From: a bacterium
Lineage (GTDB): Bacteria; Hydrothermota; DG-26; JAUXAN01
Assembly (NCBI GenBank): GCA_030619885.1
Contig: JAUXAN010000001.1
Coordinates: 11,474 to 75,473 of the forward strand
Direction: 5' to 3'
DNA length: 64,000 nucleotides
Below the pieces are notes generated by a model. The model ran no database searches and had not been told where the DNA came from. It worked only from the letters and a program-made list of their open reading frames with translations. Positions 40,104-49,083 of this stretch are shown here, in pieces (within the stretch, counting starts at the first letter, position 1; each line of letters begins with the position of its first letter). The translations under genes were made by a program, and so were the position numbers.

Positions 40104-40726
40104 ACAAATATCTTCTTCATACTATTCAATGCACTTTCTGTAAAGACGATAAATTTGTTCTTCAACACGGTGTAGCAATCGAGTTTCCATGCGTCAGTCA
40201 GTTGAAGCCATGGTATATTTCTGCCAGAGAGGAAGATATTTCTGTCATATTTGGACAAGACTATAAGGGTAGGCTCCAATTCAAGATTGAAATTTTTTAA
40301 AACTCCTACCAGCTTCTTCGTCTTCGGTTCTGAAAACTTGAAATCCTCAATAACTCTAATTTTCCGGTCTGCACATTTTTCTGACAATGCGGAAAAGAGT
40401 GCAAGCTGTCTAACTTTCTTTGGTAATTTCCATCCAAAATCCCTCGGTTTTGGTCCAAATGTGACACCACCACCAACCAGGATTGGTGAAGACTTTGTCC
40501 CCTGTCTTGCCCTGCCGGTTCCCTTCTGTCTATATGGCTTCGCTCCTCCACCTCTGACCTCAGCTCTCCCCTTCGTCGATGCCGTCCCTCTTCTCCGGTT
40601 TGCAAGGGTAGATCTGCATACTTCGTAAACAGCCACCTCATTGGGAACTATGGCAAATATCTCCTCTGGCAGATGTGCCACACCCTTATTCTCTCCAGAA
40701 ATTGTTCCTATATCTATTTCAGGCAT
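40100..40726 (-). CDS. rplD: 50S ribosomal protein L4
   Basis: The sequence RRGTASTKGRAEVRGGGAKPYRQKGTGRARQG matches L4. Confidence 0.95.
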   Translation of the reverse strand: MPEIDIGTISGENKGVAHLPEEIFAIVPNEVAVYEVCRSTLANRRRGTASTKGRAEVRGGGAKPYRQKGTGRARQGTKSSPILVGGGVTFGPKPRDFGWKLPKKVRQLALFSALSEKCADRKIRVIEDFKFSEPKTKKLVGVLKNFNLELEPTLIVLSKYDRNIFLSGRNIPWLQLTDAWKLDCYTVLKNKFIVFTESALNSMKKIFV

Positions 40727-40758
40727 AAATATTTACCATATAAAATAAAAAATTTTTG

Positions 40759-41370
40759 TCAAGTTTTTTTGATCAAAAGATAACCATTTCTCGCACCGGG
40801 AACTGCTCCTTTAATGAAGAGACGATTATTCTCGATGTCAACTTTTACAACGGTCAAATTTTTAATACACGTCTTGTCACCGCCATATCTGCCGGGCAGT
40901 CCTTTGCCTTTCCATACCCTACCAGGGTCAGTTGTTCCACCGATTGAACCTGGAACAGCGTGGGACATAGACCCGTGTGATTCTGGACCACCTGAATATC
41001 CGCATTTTTTAACCACACCGCTAAACCCTCTACCTTTTGAAAAACCTGTGACTCGAACCTTCTCTTCTTCTTTAAACAACTCGACCGTTAGTTTCTGTCC
41101 GCACTCGAAGTTTGCAATATCTTCCACTCTAAACTCAGTGAGCTTCCGTTTTGGAACCACTTTTGAGTTTTTAAAATGCCCTGCATAAGGTCTATTGGGT
41201 TTCTTCTTATCTTCAAATCCCAACTGTATTGCGTTGTAACCCTCCTTTTCTTTCGTCTTTTTTTGGATGACATAGCATGGGCCACAAACTACTACGGTTA
41301 CGGGGACCACATTGCCATTATCATCGAAAATCTGCGTCATATTCAACTTTTTACCTATCAATCCTAACAT
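40759..41370 (-). CDS. rplC: 50S ribosomal protein L3
   Basis: The sequence MLGLIGKKLNMTQIF matches L3. The start is set at the internal ATG, preceded by AAAAGGAGAG. Confidence 0.95.
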   Translation of the reverse strand: MLGLIGKKLNMTQIFDDNGNVVPVTVVVCGPCYVIQKKTKEKEGYNAIQLGFEDKKKPNRPYAGHFKNSKVVPKRKLTEFRVEDIANFECGQKLTVELFKEEEKVRVTGFSKGRGFSGVVKKCGYSGGPESHGSMSHAVPGSIGGTTDPGRVWKGKGLPGRYGGDKTCIKNLTVVKVDIENNRLFIKGAVPGARNGYLLIKKT

Positions 41371-41395
41371 ATAGCTCTCCTTTTTCAATTATTAG

Positions 41396-41462
41396 CAATT
41401 CAGACACTGATTACCACCCTGCACTTATGCATAAGTGCAGGGTCTACTATTTGAGTCACAGT
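41396..41462 (+). repeat. intergenic repeat family Rep-A, copy 5 (short form: head + perfect palindrome CCCTGCACTTATGCATAAGTGCAGGG + tail); rpsJ-rplC spacer
   Basis: It has CAATTCAGACACTGATTACC + ACCCTGCACTTATGCATAAGTGCAGGGT + CTACTATTTGAGTCACAG. Confidence 0.75.
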
Positions 41463-41495
41463 ATATAACAATCTTCCCCAATTCTCCTTTTCTCC

Positions 41496-41804
41496 TTACA
41501 ACTTTATTTCCACATCAACGCCTGTAGGGAGATCCATTTTCATCAATGCGTCTATAGTCTGTGGTGAAGATTCAGTGATTTCAATCAACCTCTTATGAAT
41601 TCTGATTTCAAACTGTTCCCTCGACTTTTTGTCAACATGTGGTGAACGGAGAACCGTATACAGAGATCGTTTAATCGGGAGCGGGATTGGGCCAGAAACT
41701 TTGGCACCTGTTCGTTTAGCCGTCATAACGATCTCCTTCGTTGACTGGTCTAGAATTGCATGGTCGTATGCCTTGAGTTTTATTCTGATTTTATCTTTTG
41801 GCAT
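41496..41804 (-). CDS. rpsJ: 30S ribosomal protein S10
   Basis: The sequence [12 protein letters not shown] matches S10; the ORF is 102 aa. Confidence 0.95.
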   Translation of the reverse strand: MPKDKIRIKLKAYDHAILDQSTKEIVMTAKRTGAKVSGPIPLPIKRSLYTVLRSPHVDKKSREQFEIRIHKRLIEITESSPQTIDALMKMDLPTGVDVEIKL

Positions 41805-43871
41805 CTATCCCCCTTGAAATTTTTCTATTATCTTGTTCTGAATCTCCTCTGGTAATTCTTCATATTTTGCAAACTCCATCGTATAGGTTGCTCGTCCCTG
41901 TGAAATTGACCTCAGCCCAGTTGCATATCCAAACATAGTTGAGAGAGGACACATCGCATCTACCGCCTGTCCCTCAAGTTTCGAGAAAATGCTTAAAACT
42001 CTGCCTCTCCTTGAACCTATATCGCTTATTATCTCACCTAAAAATTCTTTAGGGGTAACAACTTCGAGTTTCATAATCGGTTCTAAAAGAAGCAATTTTG
42101 CCGATTTTAAAGCATTCTGGATTGAAAGGGATGTTGCAAGTTTAATTCCAATCTCCGATGTAGAATCATCGTAAGAGATGGATAAGAGGGTGATCCGAAC
42201 ATCTGTCATCGGGTAGCCAGCAAAAAATCCTGTTTCCATAGAGTCGTGAACGGTTCTGGACACAGATTCAACTATTTCATTTGGTAAGAATTCCACATTA
42301 TTTTCGAAGATAAAACCGCTGCCCCTTTTAAGTTGAGATATTTTCAATTCAACTTCAGCGTGTTCCTTTCGTCCACCAATTTCTTTATCAATCTTTGCAC
42401 TACCAGAGGAGGTTTTAGATATTGTCTCTCTATATGCCACCTGAGGTTTACCAACATTTGCCTTCACCCCGAAGTCTTTTGTCATTCTCTCCACCAGGAC
42501 CTCGAGGTGTAACTCACCCATACCTGCTATGATGGTCTGTCCTGTCTCATCATCTGTTCTCACCTCAAAAGTTGGGTCCTCTTCCTCCATCTTTTTCAAA
42601 CCGTATTTCAGTCTTTCCTCATCCGCTTTAGTCTTCGGTTCAATAGAAATGAATATGACCGGTTCGGGAAATTTCATAGACTCGAATATTATGGGGTGAG
42701 ATTGGTCACACAGGGTAGAGCCTGTTTTACTGTCTTTAATTCCCACAAAGGCACATATATCACCTGCAGAAACTTCGTTCAGTACCTCCCTTTTATTCGC
42801 ATGCATCCGCAAGATTTTAATGACTCTCTCCCGTTTCCTATTATTTGCGTCGTAAACAATGGAACCGTGATTTATCTTACCTGAGTAGACCCTTACATAA
42901 GAGAGTCTTCCAACATAGGAGTCAGAAGCAATTTTAAAGAGCAGACTCGAAAATGGTTCACCATCCTGGGTTTTCCGAAATTCTTTTTTGAGTGTGGCTG
43001 GGTTAACACCTTCGATTGGTGGAATGTCAGTAGGGGATGGCAAAAAATAGCAGATAGCATCGAGTAATTTCTGGATACCCTTATTTTTAATGGCAGAACC
43101 ACAGAGGACAGGAACCAATTTGCACGCAAGGGTAGCTTTCCTAATACTCCGTCTCATCTCTTCTTCAAGAACAGGTTTGCCGTGTAGAAATTTTTCGGCT
43201 ATCGAATCATCAAAATCTGAAATCGTCTCAAGCAAGAGCTCTCTATAGTGATTAAGTTCCTCTATATTATCTTCTACCTCAGATTCGGTAAAAGTGAGAC
43301 CTTCTGTAGTATCTTTCCAGAGATAGGTTTTCAATCTAATGAGGTCGACAACACCTTCAAAGCTATCTTCAGAGCCTACAGGGATCTGAATTGGACATGC
43401 CTCGCCTGTTAATTTTTCATTGATCATATCAACGGTTTTATAAAAGTCGGCGCCAATTCTATCCATCTTATTTACAAACCCTATTCTTGGTATACGGTAT
43501 CTATCCGCCTGTTTCCATACAGTTTCTGATTGTGGTTCTACTCCACCGACTCCGCAAAAAAGAGCAATCGCACCATCCAACACCCTTAAAGAACGCTCAA
43601 CCTCTGCGGTAAAATCCACATGTCCTGGGGTATCTATTAAATTCATTGTATGGTCCTTCCAGAAAAATGTGGTAGCAGCGGATGTAATGGTGATCCCCCT
43701 CTGTTTTTCCTGCTCCATCCAGTCCATAGTGGCCGAGCCTTCGTCTACTTCGCCCATACGATGTATCTTTCCTGAGTAGTAGAGCATCCTTTCGGTTGTA
43801 GTAGTCTTCCCCGCATCTATATGAGCCATTATACCGATGTTTCTCACTTTTGTTAACTCTGACTCTCTCAT
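41805..43871 (-). CDS. fusA: elongation factor G
   Basis: The G1 motif [21 protein letters not shown] is present and the length (~690 aa) fits EF-G. The ATG is taken at codon 4 of the ORF-track frame, whose first codon is GTG. Confidence 0.95.
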   Translation of the reverse strand: MRESELTKVRNIGIMAHIDAGKTTTTERMLYYSGKIHRMGEVDEGSATMDWMEQEKQRGITITSAATTFFWKDHTMNLIDTPGHVDFTAEVERSLRVLDGAIALFCGVGGVEPQSETVWKQADRYRIPRIGFVNKMDRIGADFYKTVDMINEKLTGEACPIQIPVGSEDSFEGVVDLIRLKTYLWKDTTEGLTFTESEVEDNIEELNHYRELLLETISDFDDSIAEKFLHGKPVLEEEMRRSIRKATLACKLVPVLCGSAIKNKGIQKLLDAICYFLPSPTDIPPIEGVNPATLKKEFRKTQDGEPFSSLLFKIASDSYVGRLSYVRVYSGKINHGSIVYDANNRKRERVIKILRMHANKREVLNEVSAGDICAFVGIKDSKTGSTLCDQSHPIIFESMKFPEPVIFISIEPKTKADEERLKYGLKKMEEEDPTFEVRTDDETGQTIIAGMGELHLEVLVERMTKDFGVKANVGKPQVAYRETISKTSSGSAKIDKEIGGRKEHAEVELKISQLKRGSGFIFENNVEFLPNEIVESVSRTVHDSMETGFFAGYPMTDVRITLLSISYDDSTSEIGIKLATSLSIQNALKSAKLLLLEPIMKLEVVTPKEFLGEIISDIGSRRGRVLSIFSKLEGQAVDAMCPLSTMFGYATGLRSISQGRATYTMEFAKYEELPEEIQNKIIEKFQGG

Positions 43872-43892
43872 CCTTAACACCTGATTTTTCTT

Positions 43893-44363
43893 TTACCATC
43901 TAAAATGAGCAAAAGCTCTATTTGCTTCAGCCATCTTGTGAGTATCTTCTCTTTTCTTTATTGCAGCCCCTTCTTTCTTGTTGGCTCCAATAATTTCAGA
44001 AGCCAGTCTCTCTGCCATCGAATGTTCTGGTCTCGACCTTGCCGAGTACAATAGCCAGCGGATGGCTAAAGAATTTTTTCTATTCATTCTCACCTCTACA
44101 GGCACCTGGTAAGTCGCCCCGCCTACTCTTCTCGATCTAACCTCAACCACAGGTTTCACATTATTAACTGCCTGTTCAAAAACAGGGAACGGATCCGTAT
44201 TCAGTTTTGACTGAATCAAATCCATAGCAGTATAAAAGATCTTCTCAGCCACAGATTTCTTGCCACACCACATAATAGAGTTAATGAATTTTGTAACCAG
44301 AACAGAATTATACTTCGAATCTGGCAAAACTTTTCTTCTCTCTGCCCTTTTTCTTCTTGCCAT
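43893..44363 (-). CDS. rpsG: 30S ribosomal protein S7
   Basis: The sequence [18 protein letters not shown]...[20 protein letters not shown] matches S7. A GGAGG site lies upstream. Confidence 0.95.
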   Translation of the reverse strand: MARRKRAERRKVLPDSKYNSVLVTKFINSIMWCGKKSVAEKIFYTAMDLIQSKLNTDPFPVFEQAVNNVKPVVEVRSRRVGGATYQVPVEVRMNRKNSLAIRWLLYSARSRPEHSMAERLASEIIGANKKEGAAIKKREDTHKMAEANRAFAHFRW

Positions 44364-44470
44364 AAAACCTCCAAATTTGCGAATTTGATAATATAATTAA
44401 ATAATAAAGGATGTCAAGAAAAATCGAACCAAATGTTAAGTAAAAGATTGTATCTTGATGCTTGCAAGTC

Positions 44471-44500
44471 TTGACAGGCTGACATTTCTTGATCTATAAT
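44471..44500 (+). promoter_or_regulatory. near-consensus sigma70-type promoter (TTGACA-18 bp-TATAAT) on + strand with no downstream + strand ORF
   Basis: TTGACA is at 44471-44476 and TATAAT at 44495-44500. The downstream gene, thpR, is on the opposite strand. Confidence 0.35.
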
Positions 44501-44622
44501 GAAAATATAAACCATAAGATTAACCACAGAAAATAGAAATTAAGAAATTTATCCATTCAGGTTTCACAATTTCCATTTTCTTATTTTCTCTTTAGTATCT
44601 TGTGTTAATCTGTGGTTTCCAG

Positions 44623-45177
44623 TCAGAAGTTGATTTCTGAAAGTTTGGTGTAGATGGGGCCCTCTGGTGTCAGATCACTGCGCATTATCGCTATTTTTGA
44701 GACCTTAAAGGACGAGGACTGGTATTTTTTCTCTTTAATTAAATCTTTCAGTCTGTCTATATTCACCGGGGATTTTATTCTGCCAAAGGTTATGTGAGCT
44801 GAAAATTGCCTATCTTCTTTTTTAAAGCCTATCTTTTCAAGGTTTCCCTCTATACTTTCTGCAAGGTTCTTTATCCTCGCTTTACCCAATTCAACGCCAA
44901 CCCATATAACTTTTGGGCGACTCAGACTGGGAAATGCACCTATGTCTTTCAAATCGATGATAAATGGTGCTACTCCTTTTACCGATTCTTGTATAGATTT
45001 TTTTATCAGTTCAATCTTTTCCTCCTCCACATTCCCCAGAAATTTTAAAGTGAGGTGAATATTATCCGGCTTCACCCATTTTGCCACTGTTTTCGTCTCT
45101 TTCAATTCTTTTTCAATATCTGATAACTCTTTTTTAATAGATTCTGGCAATTCGATCGCTATAAAAGTTCTAATCAT
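44623..45177 (-). CDS. thpR: RNA 2',3'-cyclic phosphodiesterase (2H family, LigT/ThpR)
   Basis: It carries two H-x-T/S-x motifs: HLTLKFLG and HITFGR. Confidence 0.85.
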   Translation of the reverse strand: MIRTFIAIELPESIKKELSDIEKELKETKTVAKWVKPDNIHLTLKFLGNVEEEKIELIKKSIQESVKGVAPFIIDLKDIGAFPSLSRPKVIWVGVELGKARIKNLAESIEGNLEKIGFKKEDRQFSAHITFGRIKSPVNIDRLKDLIKEKKYQSSSFKVSKIAIMRSDLTPEGPIYTKLSEINF

Positions 45178-45227
45178 AATATAAAATCTACAGCGAAAAT
45201 ACTAAGTGTCAAGAGAAAAGAAGCGTC

Positions 45228-45300
45228 CTCTCCGCGTTTATCCGTATCCTTTATTCGTGTTTTTCGTATGTTTTCGTGGGCTGTTTTTTTCTTGACAAAG
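45228..45300 (+). promoter_or_regulatory. conserved upstream module (TCCG(C/T)GTTTATCCGT...TTTCGTG x3...CTTGACAA) preceding rpmE; paralogous to 51783-51840 upstream of atpH
   Basis: TCCGCGTTTATCCGTATCC...CTTGACAAAGG is compared with TCCGTGTTTATCCGTCTC...CCCTTGACAAGG. Both lie 35 to 60 bp upstream of + strand start codons. Confidence 0.45.
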
Positions 45301-45351
45301 GGAAAATTTTATGGTAGTAGAATTATCGTATTAAAAATCAGGAGGTTATGA

Positions 45352-45555
45352 ATGAAGAAAGATATTCATCCAAAGTATTTCGATACGACTGCAACCTGTG
45401 CATGTGGAAATGTGATACATACACGCTCTACAATGAAAGATATAAGGGTAGAAATCTGTTCTAAATGTCATCCTTTTTACACGGGGAAACAGAAGATTAT
45501 CGATACAGCAGGTAGAGTAGAGAAATATAGAAGAAAATATAGCAAGAAGAAATAA
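45352..45555 (+). CDS. rpmE: 50S ribosomal protein L31
   Basis: The sequence MKKDIHPKY...CACGNV...[13 protein letters not shown] matches L31. A CAGGAGG Shine-Dalgarno site is present. Confidence 0.95.
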   Translation: MKKDIHPKYFDTTATCACGNVIHTRSTMKDIRVEICSKCHPFYTGKQKIIDTAGRVEKYRRKYSKKK

Positions 45556-45599
45556 AAATCTTCGCAGAGGCAGTTGAAAAAGAGGGGTCTCAATCAGGT

Positions 45600-46436
45600 T
45601 TAATGAAAGAAGATTGAAAAGAGGGTGCCAGTGATAGAAAATAAAAACAGCAGTAATTTTTTCCCCAGTCCTATATTATAATGTTTTTTAAAGAATTTAT
45701 ACATTCCCCTGTAATGATTGAGAATCACTCCTTCTCTCTTTCCTGCCCTGCTTCTACCCAAGTAGTGTATTATAGATGCGTTCGGATTGTAGTAGACTCT
45801 ATACCCAAATTGTTTTGCCCTGTAACAGAAATCCGTGTCTTCAACATATAGAAAGAAAGATTCATCAAATCCGCCGCATCTATGAAAGAGTTCTCTTCTT
45901 ATAATCATAAATGCACCTGCAACCGCATCTACCTCTGTTATCTTATTGTAAGAGTCTCTCATCAGATACTTTTTTGAGAACCTGTTGTCAGGGAACAGTG
46001 AAGTGAGTGGTGATTCTCTCCCAAAGAATAGAAGCGGCAGGTCGGGAAAAGAACGGCAGGTAAGTTGAAGAGTTCTATCTGGATTTAAAACCCTTCCACC
46101 TGTTATACCTGCATCCCTGTGGTTGTTCATAAAACTGACCAGCTCATCGATCGCACCTTCATTGACGATGGTATCTGGATTCAAAATTAGAATGTATACG
46201 CCTTTTGCAGATTTTATTCCCTTATTCAATGCAACAGCGAAGCCAGAGTTTCTGTCATTAATTATGAGTTTGACTTGAGGAAAATTTCTTTTGACCATCT
46301 CAACACTGGTGTCAGAAGAGTTATTATCAATAACTATAATCTCAAAAGCCACTCCGGGATTTGTTCTGTATATGGAGGTGAGACAACTTTGAAGGTATTG
46401 TCTCGTATTATAATTGACAATGACGATGCTTATCAT
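45600..46436 (-). CDS. family 2 glycosyltransferase
   Basis: The GT2 sequence IVIVNYNTRQYL...IIVIDNNSSD...ILNPDT is present. Confidence 0.85.
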   Translation of the reverse strand: MISIVIVNYNTRQYLQSCLTSIYRTNPGVAFEIIVIDNNSSDTSVEMVKRNFPQVKLIINDRNSGFAVALNKGIKSAKGVYILILNPDTIVNEGAIDELVSFMNNHRDAGITGGRVLNPDRTLQLTCRSFPDLPLLFFGRESPLTSLFPDNRFSKKYLMRDSYNKITEVDAVAGAFMIIRRELFHRCGGFDESFFLYVEDTDFCYRAKQFGYRVYYNPNASIIHYLGRSRAGKREGVILNHYRGMYKFFKKHYNIGLGKKLLLFLFSITGTLFSIFFH

Positions 46437-46448
46437 TGAAAAAAGTTT

Positions 46449-46930
46449 AATAGGACGCAGATTTCCACAGATAAACGCAGATTTTTCATGACTTCCTCAA
46501 ATTATCAAATGCCTTGCGCTTAACTTCTGGTTCAGGACCAAAGTTAAGTAACAAACCAACTTCTATCTCAGTTGCTTTCAAGTAATTCAATAATTGTGCT
46601 TCATGCCCTTCCGCCAGACTTTTTGCTGATTTAATCTCAACTATTACCTTCTCATCTACTAATATATCTGCAAAATATTCCCCAATTATTTGTTCTTCAT
46701 AATATACTTTGACTGGAAATTGTGGAGTAGCAGTAAGACCTAATTTTCTCAGTTCTATTAACATTGCATTCTCGTACACTTTTTCTAAGAATCCATAGCC
46801 GAGTGTATTATAGACTTGGTAAAAAGCTTTGATGATTTTCTCGGTTATATCTTTATACTTAAAATCCGGGAAATCTGCGTTCACCCCGTTAGATAGTAAA
46901 CATCTAACGGGGTTCATCTGCGTCCCTATT
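46449..46930. mobile_element. TIR-flanked cassette (14-15 bp inverted repeats AATAGG(G)ACGCAGAT) carrying a GxxExxY gene, inserted 25 bp from tRNA-Val
   Basis: The left inverted repeat is at 46449-46462 and the right at 46916-46930 (ATCTGCGTCCCTATT). A CCCCGTTAGAT hairpin lies at the right end. A second ACGCAGATTT copy is at 46466-46475. Confidence 0.55.
46486..46917 (-). CDS. GxxExxY family protein (PD-(D/E)XK nuclease superfamily)
   Basis: The GFLEKVY (G-x-x-E-x-x-Y) and VDEKVIVEIKS motifs are present. The start codon and first ~14 codons (MNPVRCLLSNGVNA) are encoded by the hairpin repeat. Confidence 0.8.
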   Translation of the reverse strand: MNPVRCLLSNGVNADFPDFKYKDITEKIIKAFYQVYNTLGYGFLEKVYENAMLIELRKLGLTATPQFPVKVYYEEQIIGEYFADILVDEKVIVEIKSAKSLAEGHEAQLLNYLKATEIEVGLLLNFGPEPEVKRKAFDNLRKS

Positions 46931-46954
46931 TACAAAGTGACTTATATCACAAAA

Positions 46955-47029
<75 letters not shown>

Positions 47030-47166
47030 TTTCTTCATTCTACAATTCAGACAAAAATTGTCAAGGTAAAAGAAACCACGAATCACACTCACCCCGTTAG
47101 ATAGCAAACATCTAATTTTCAATAGTCACTTCGGGCTATTTTTTGTATACATTAGAAATAAAGACT

Positions 47167-47400
47167 TCATACATCTTCTTTGACTTCAGACCACTTTTTG
47201 AATCGGCCTGTCCTGAAATCCTCATCGCCTCTCATAATACTTTTAAGAAAATCTTTATCTCTCAAAATCTCTTTTGTAGCGTTTAACTCTTCTTTTGCTC
47301 TCAAGTAAACAACAAAGTCTGCCACCTCTTTTTTGTGTTCTTTTGAGAGCTTTTCAAAGTCAGCAAAAACTCTCTCTTCAATCACCGTCTTTGCGCCCAT
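47167..47400 (-). CDS. small hypothetical protein (77 aa), charged/helical
   Basis: The ORF is flanked by a degenerate hairpin repeat (47092-47124) and by a GGATCC-containing repeat fragment (47488-47520). No motif is recognised. Confidence 0.4.
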   Translation of the reverse strand: MGAKTVIEERVFADFEKLSKEHKKEVADFVVYLRAKEELNATKEILRDKDFLKSIMRGDEDFRTGRFKKWSEVKEDV

Positions 47401-47552
47401 TCTGACCTCCTTTATCGGTCATTTTTTGTTTATTTCCATCCGCTGACAATAATTAAAGAACACTTGCGCACAGCGTTCTACAAATAATTTCCATGCGGAT
47501 CCGTAGGGATAGGGGATCCTGAGATGTCAATCTGTGGTTTGAATTTGTATTT

Positions 47553-49010
47553 TTAAACTGTTTGTGTAACCTTTGGCGGATTTCCGAAAACCCGTTCATA
47601 GATTTCTGGATACCTGTCTTTTCCACCAATCAACAAGAAGGTTAAAGGCATTATCTTTCTCGCCAGTTCTGTCATTTTTTTCGCCCTTTCCCGTATATCC
47701 CACTGGGCATGTGCATCTTCCCGCAGTCTTGAAATATGATAGAGTTCGCGTCCGTTTACACTGAGCAGTACCCTCTTTCTGTGCGCATTGGTTAAAATGT
47801 ATTGTGCCACTCGAGGAAGTTTTTTGTCTATCTTATCGTATGTCTGTTCTGTCTTACTAATAATTTGTTGAAATTTTTTATCCATACCTGTTTCGTAAAT
47901 AGATTCTGGAATTGTAACTCCGAGATTTGGGTCATATCTCTGGGATGTGATAGTTGCCATACGGTGACGTTTTAACTGGGCGAAGCAGGAAGCCGAAACA
48001 ACAATATCATAACTTAGATGCACATGTTCGTATTCACGCAGTACAGCATCATAGAACTCCATATATCGAAACGAAGTCTTTATAACCTCCCGTTGCTTAT
48101 CGAAACTCATTGAGGAAGCAAACTTCAAACACTCGGCAAATGACATATTTGAAGATTTATGCAGAATAGCGGCTATTGTGATATTATCACCGTTATGCGT
48201 ATAATTTACAAGTTCAACTCCATCTTTTCCTTTACCCATTTTCCCCTCGGTGAATTTTCTGAGTGCAGGATGGGTTTTCTGGTCGTATTCGTTCGCATCA
48301 AAAAATAAAATTATGGAAGGAGCTACCTTCTCCACCAGATCATACATTCTCTGACCTAATTCTCTTATCTCGCCCAATTCGTTAGAAGCAAATCGCCGAA
48401 ATAAGAGTTCAAGATTGCGTGCATTTATGGTTTCACCAAGTTGAGTCTGGGTAGCCAATGATGCGATATAACGGGCATCCTCTTTAGCCCACCCATCAAG
48501 CATACTATGATTCTTATGATTTTCAGCCATTTTCTTATATTTTCTAAAAACATACTCTTTCAGTTTCTGATAGAGTCTGTGATAGAACTCGTTTTGGAGT
48601 CTTATGGTTTTGACGAAAATGGTTTTAAATTCAGAATTCTCAATCTCTGGTGGAACCACAAAATCATTTTTTAGCGTAACATATCTTTGAGACTTTTCCG
48701 TATAGGAGCAAATTCGAAATTTTTCTATCTCTTCAACTGCCAGGCGTGAAACTCCGATAATATCGAAGTTGAAGACCGCATGTTCTGCAATGGAGTGGTG
48801 TCCCATATCAAAAATAATCTTCTTATTTGAAGAGCGTGCTTTTTCTACTTCCCTGCGGGCGATCTTTCGTAATTCATCAACAGATTTCGGACTGCGACTT
48901 ATCCTTGCATAGGCAGCAGATATCGTTTCGGGGGTGAAGTTGGATATATCTGTTTTTAATTCTTTCAGTATCTCGATATCTACATTGAAACCCGCTAACA
49001 GCACTTTCAT
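47553..49010 (-). CDS. tandem-duplicated ThyX-like protein (two flavin-dependent thymidylate synthase domains in one 485-aa chain)
   Basis: Half 1 has ISRSPKS, HHSIAEHAVFNF and a degenerate FRICSYTEKSQRY. Half 2 has LKRHRMATITSQRY. Confidence 0.75.
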   Translation of the reverse strand: MKVLLAGFNVDIEILKELKTDISNFTPETISAAYARISRSPKSVDELRKIARREVEKARSSNKKIIFDMGHHSIAEHAVFNFDIIGVSRLAVEEIEKFRICSYTEKSQRYVTLKNDFVVPPEIENSEFKTIFVKTIRLQNEFYHRLYQKLKEYVFRKYKKMAENHKNHSMLDGWAKEDARYIASLATQTQLGETINARNLELLFRRFASNELGEIRELGQRMYDLVEKVAPSIILFFDANEYDQKTHPALRKFTEGKMGKGKDGVELVNYTHNGDNITIAAILHKSSNMSFAECLKFASSMSFDKQREVIKTSFRYMEFYDAVLREYEHVHLSYDIVVSASCFAQLKRHRMATITSQRYDPNLGVTIPESIYETGMDKKFQQIISKTEQTYDKIDKKLPRVAQYILTNAHRKRVLLSVNGRELYHISRLREDAHAQWDIRERAKKMTELARKIMPLTFLLIGGKDRYPEIYERVFGNPPKVTQTV

Positions 49011-49083
49011 GGTTGCATTATACCTTCTCCAACTTCCCCGTCAAGTAAAAATTAACCACAGAGAAAAAAGAATAAAAATGGGG

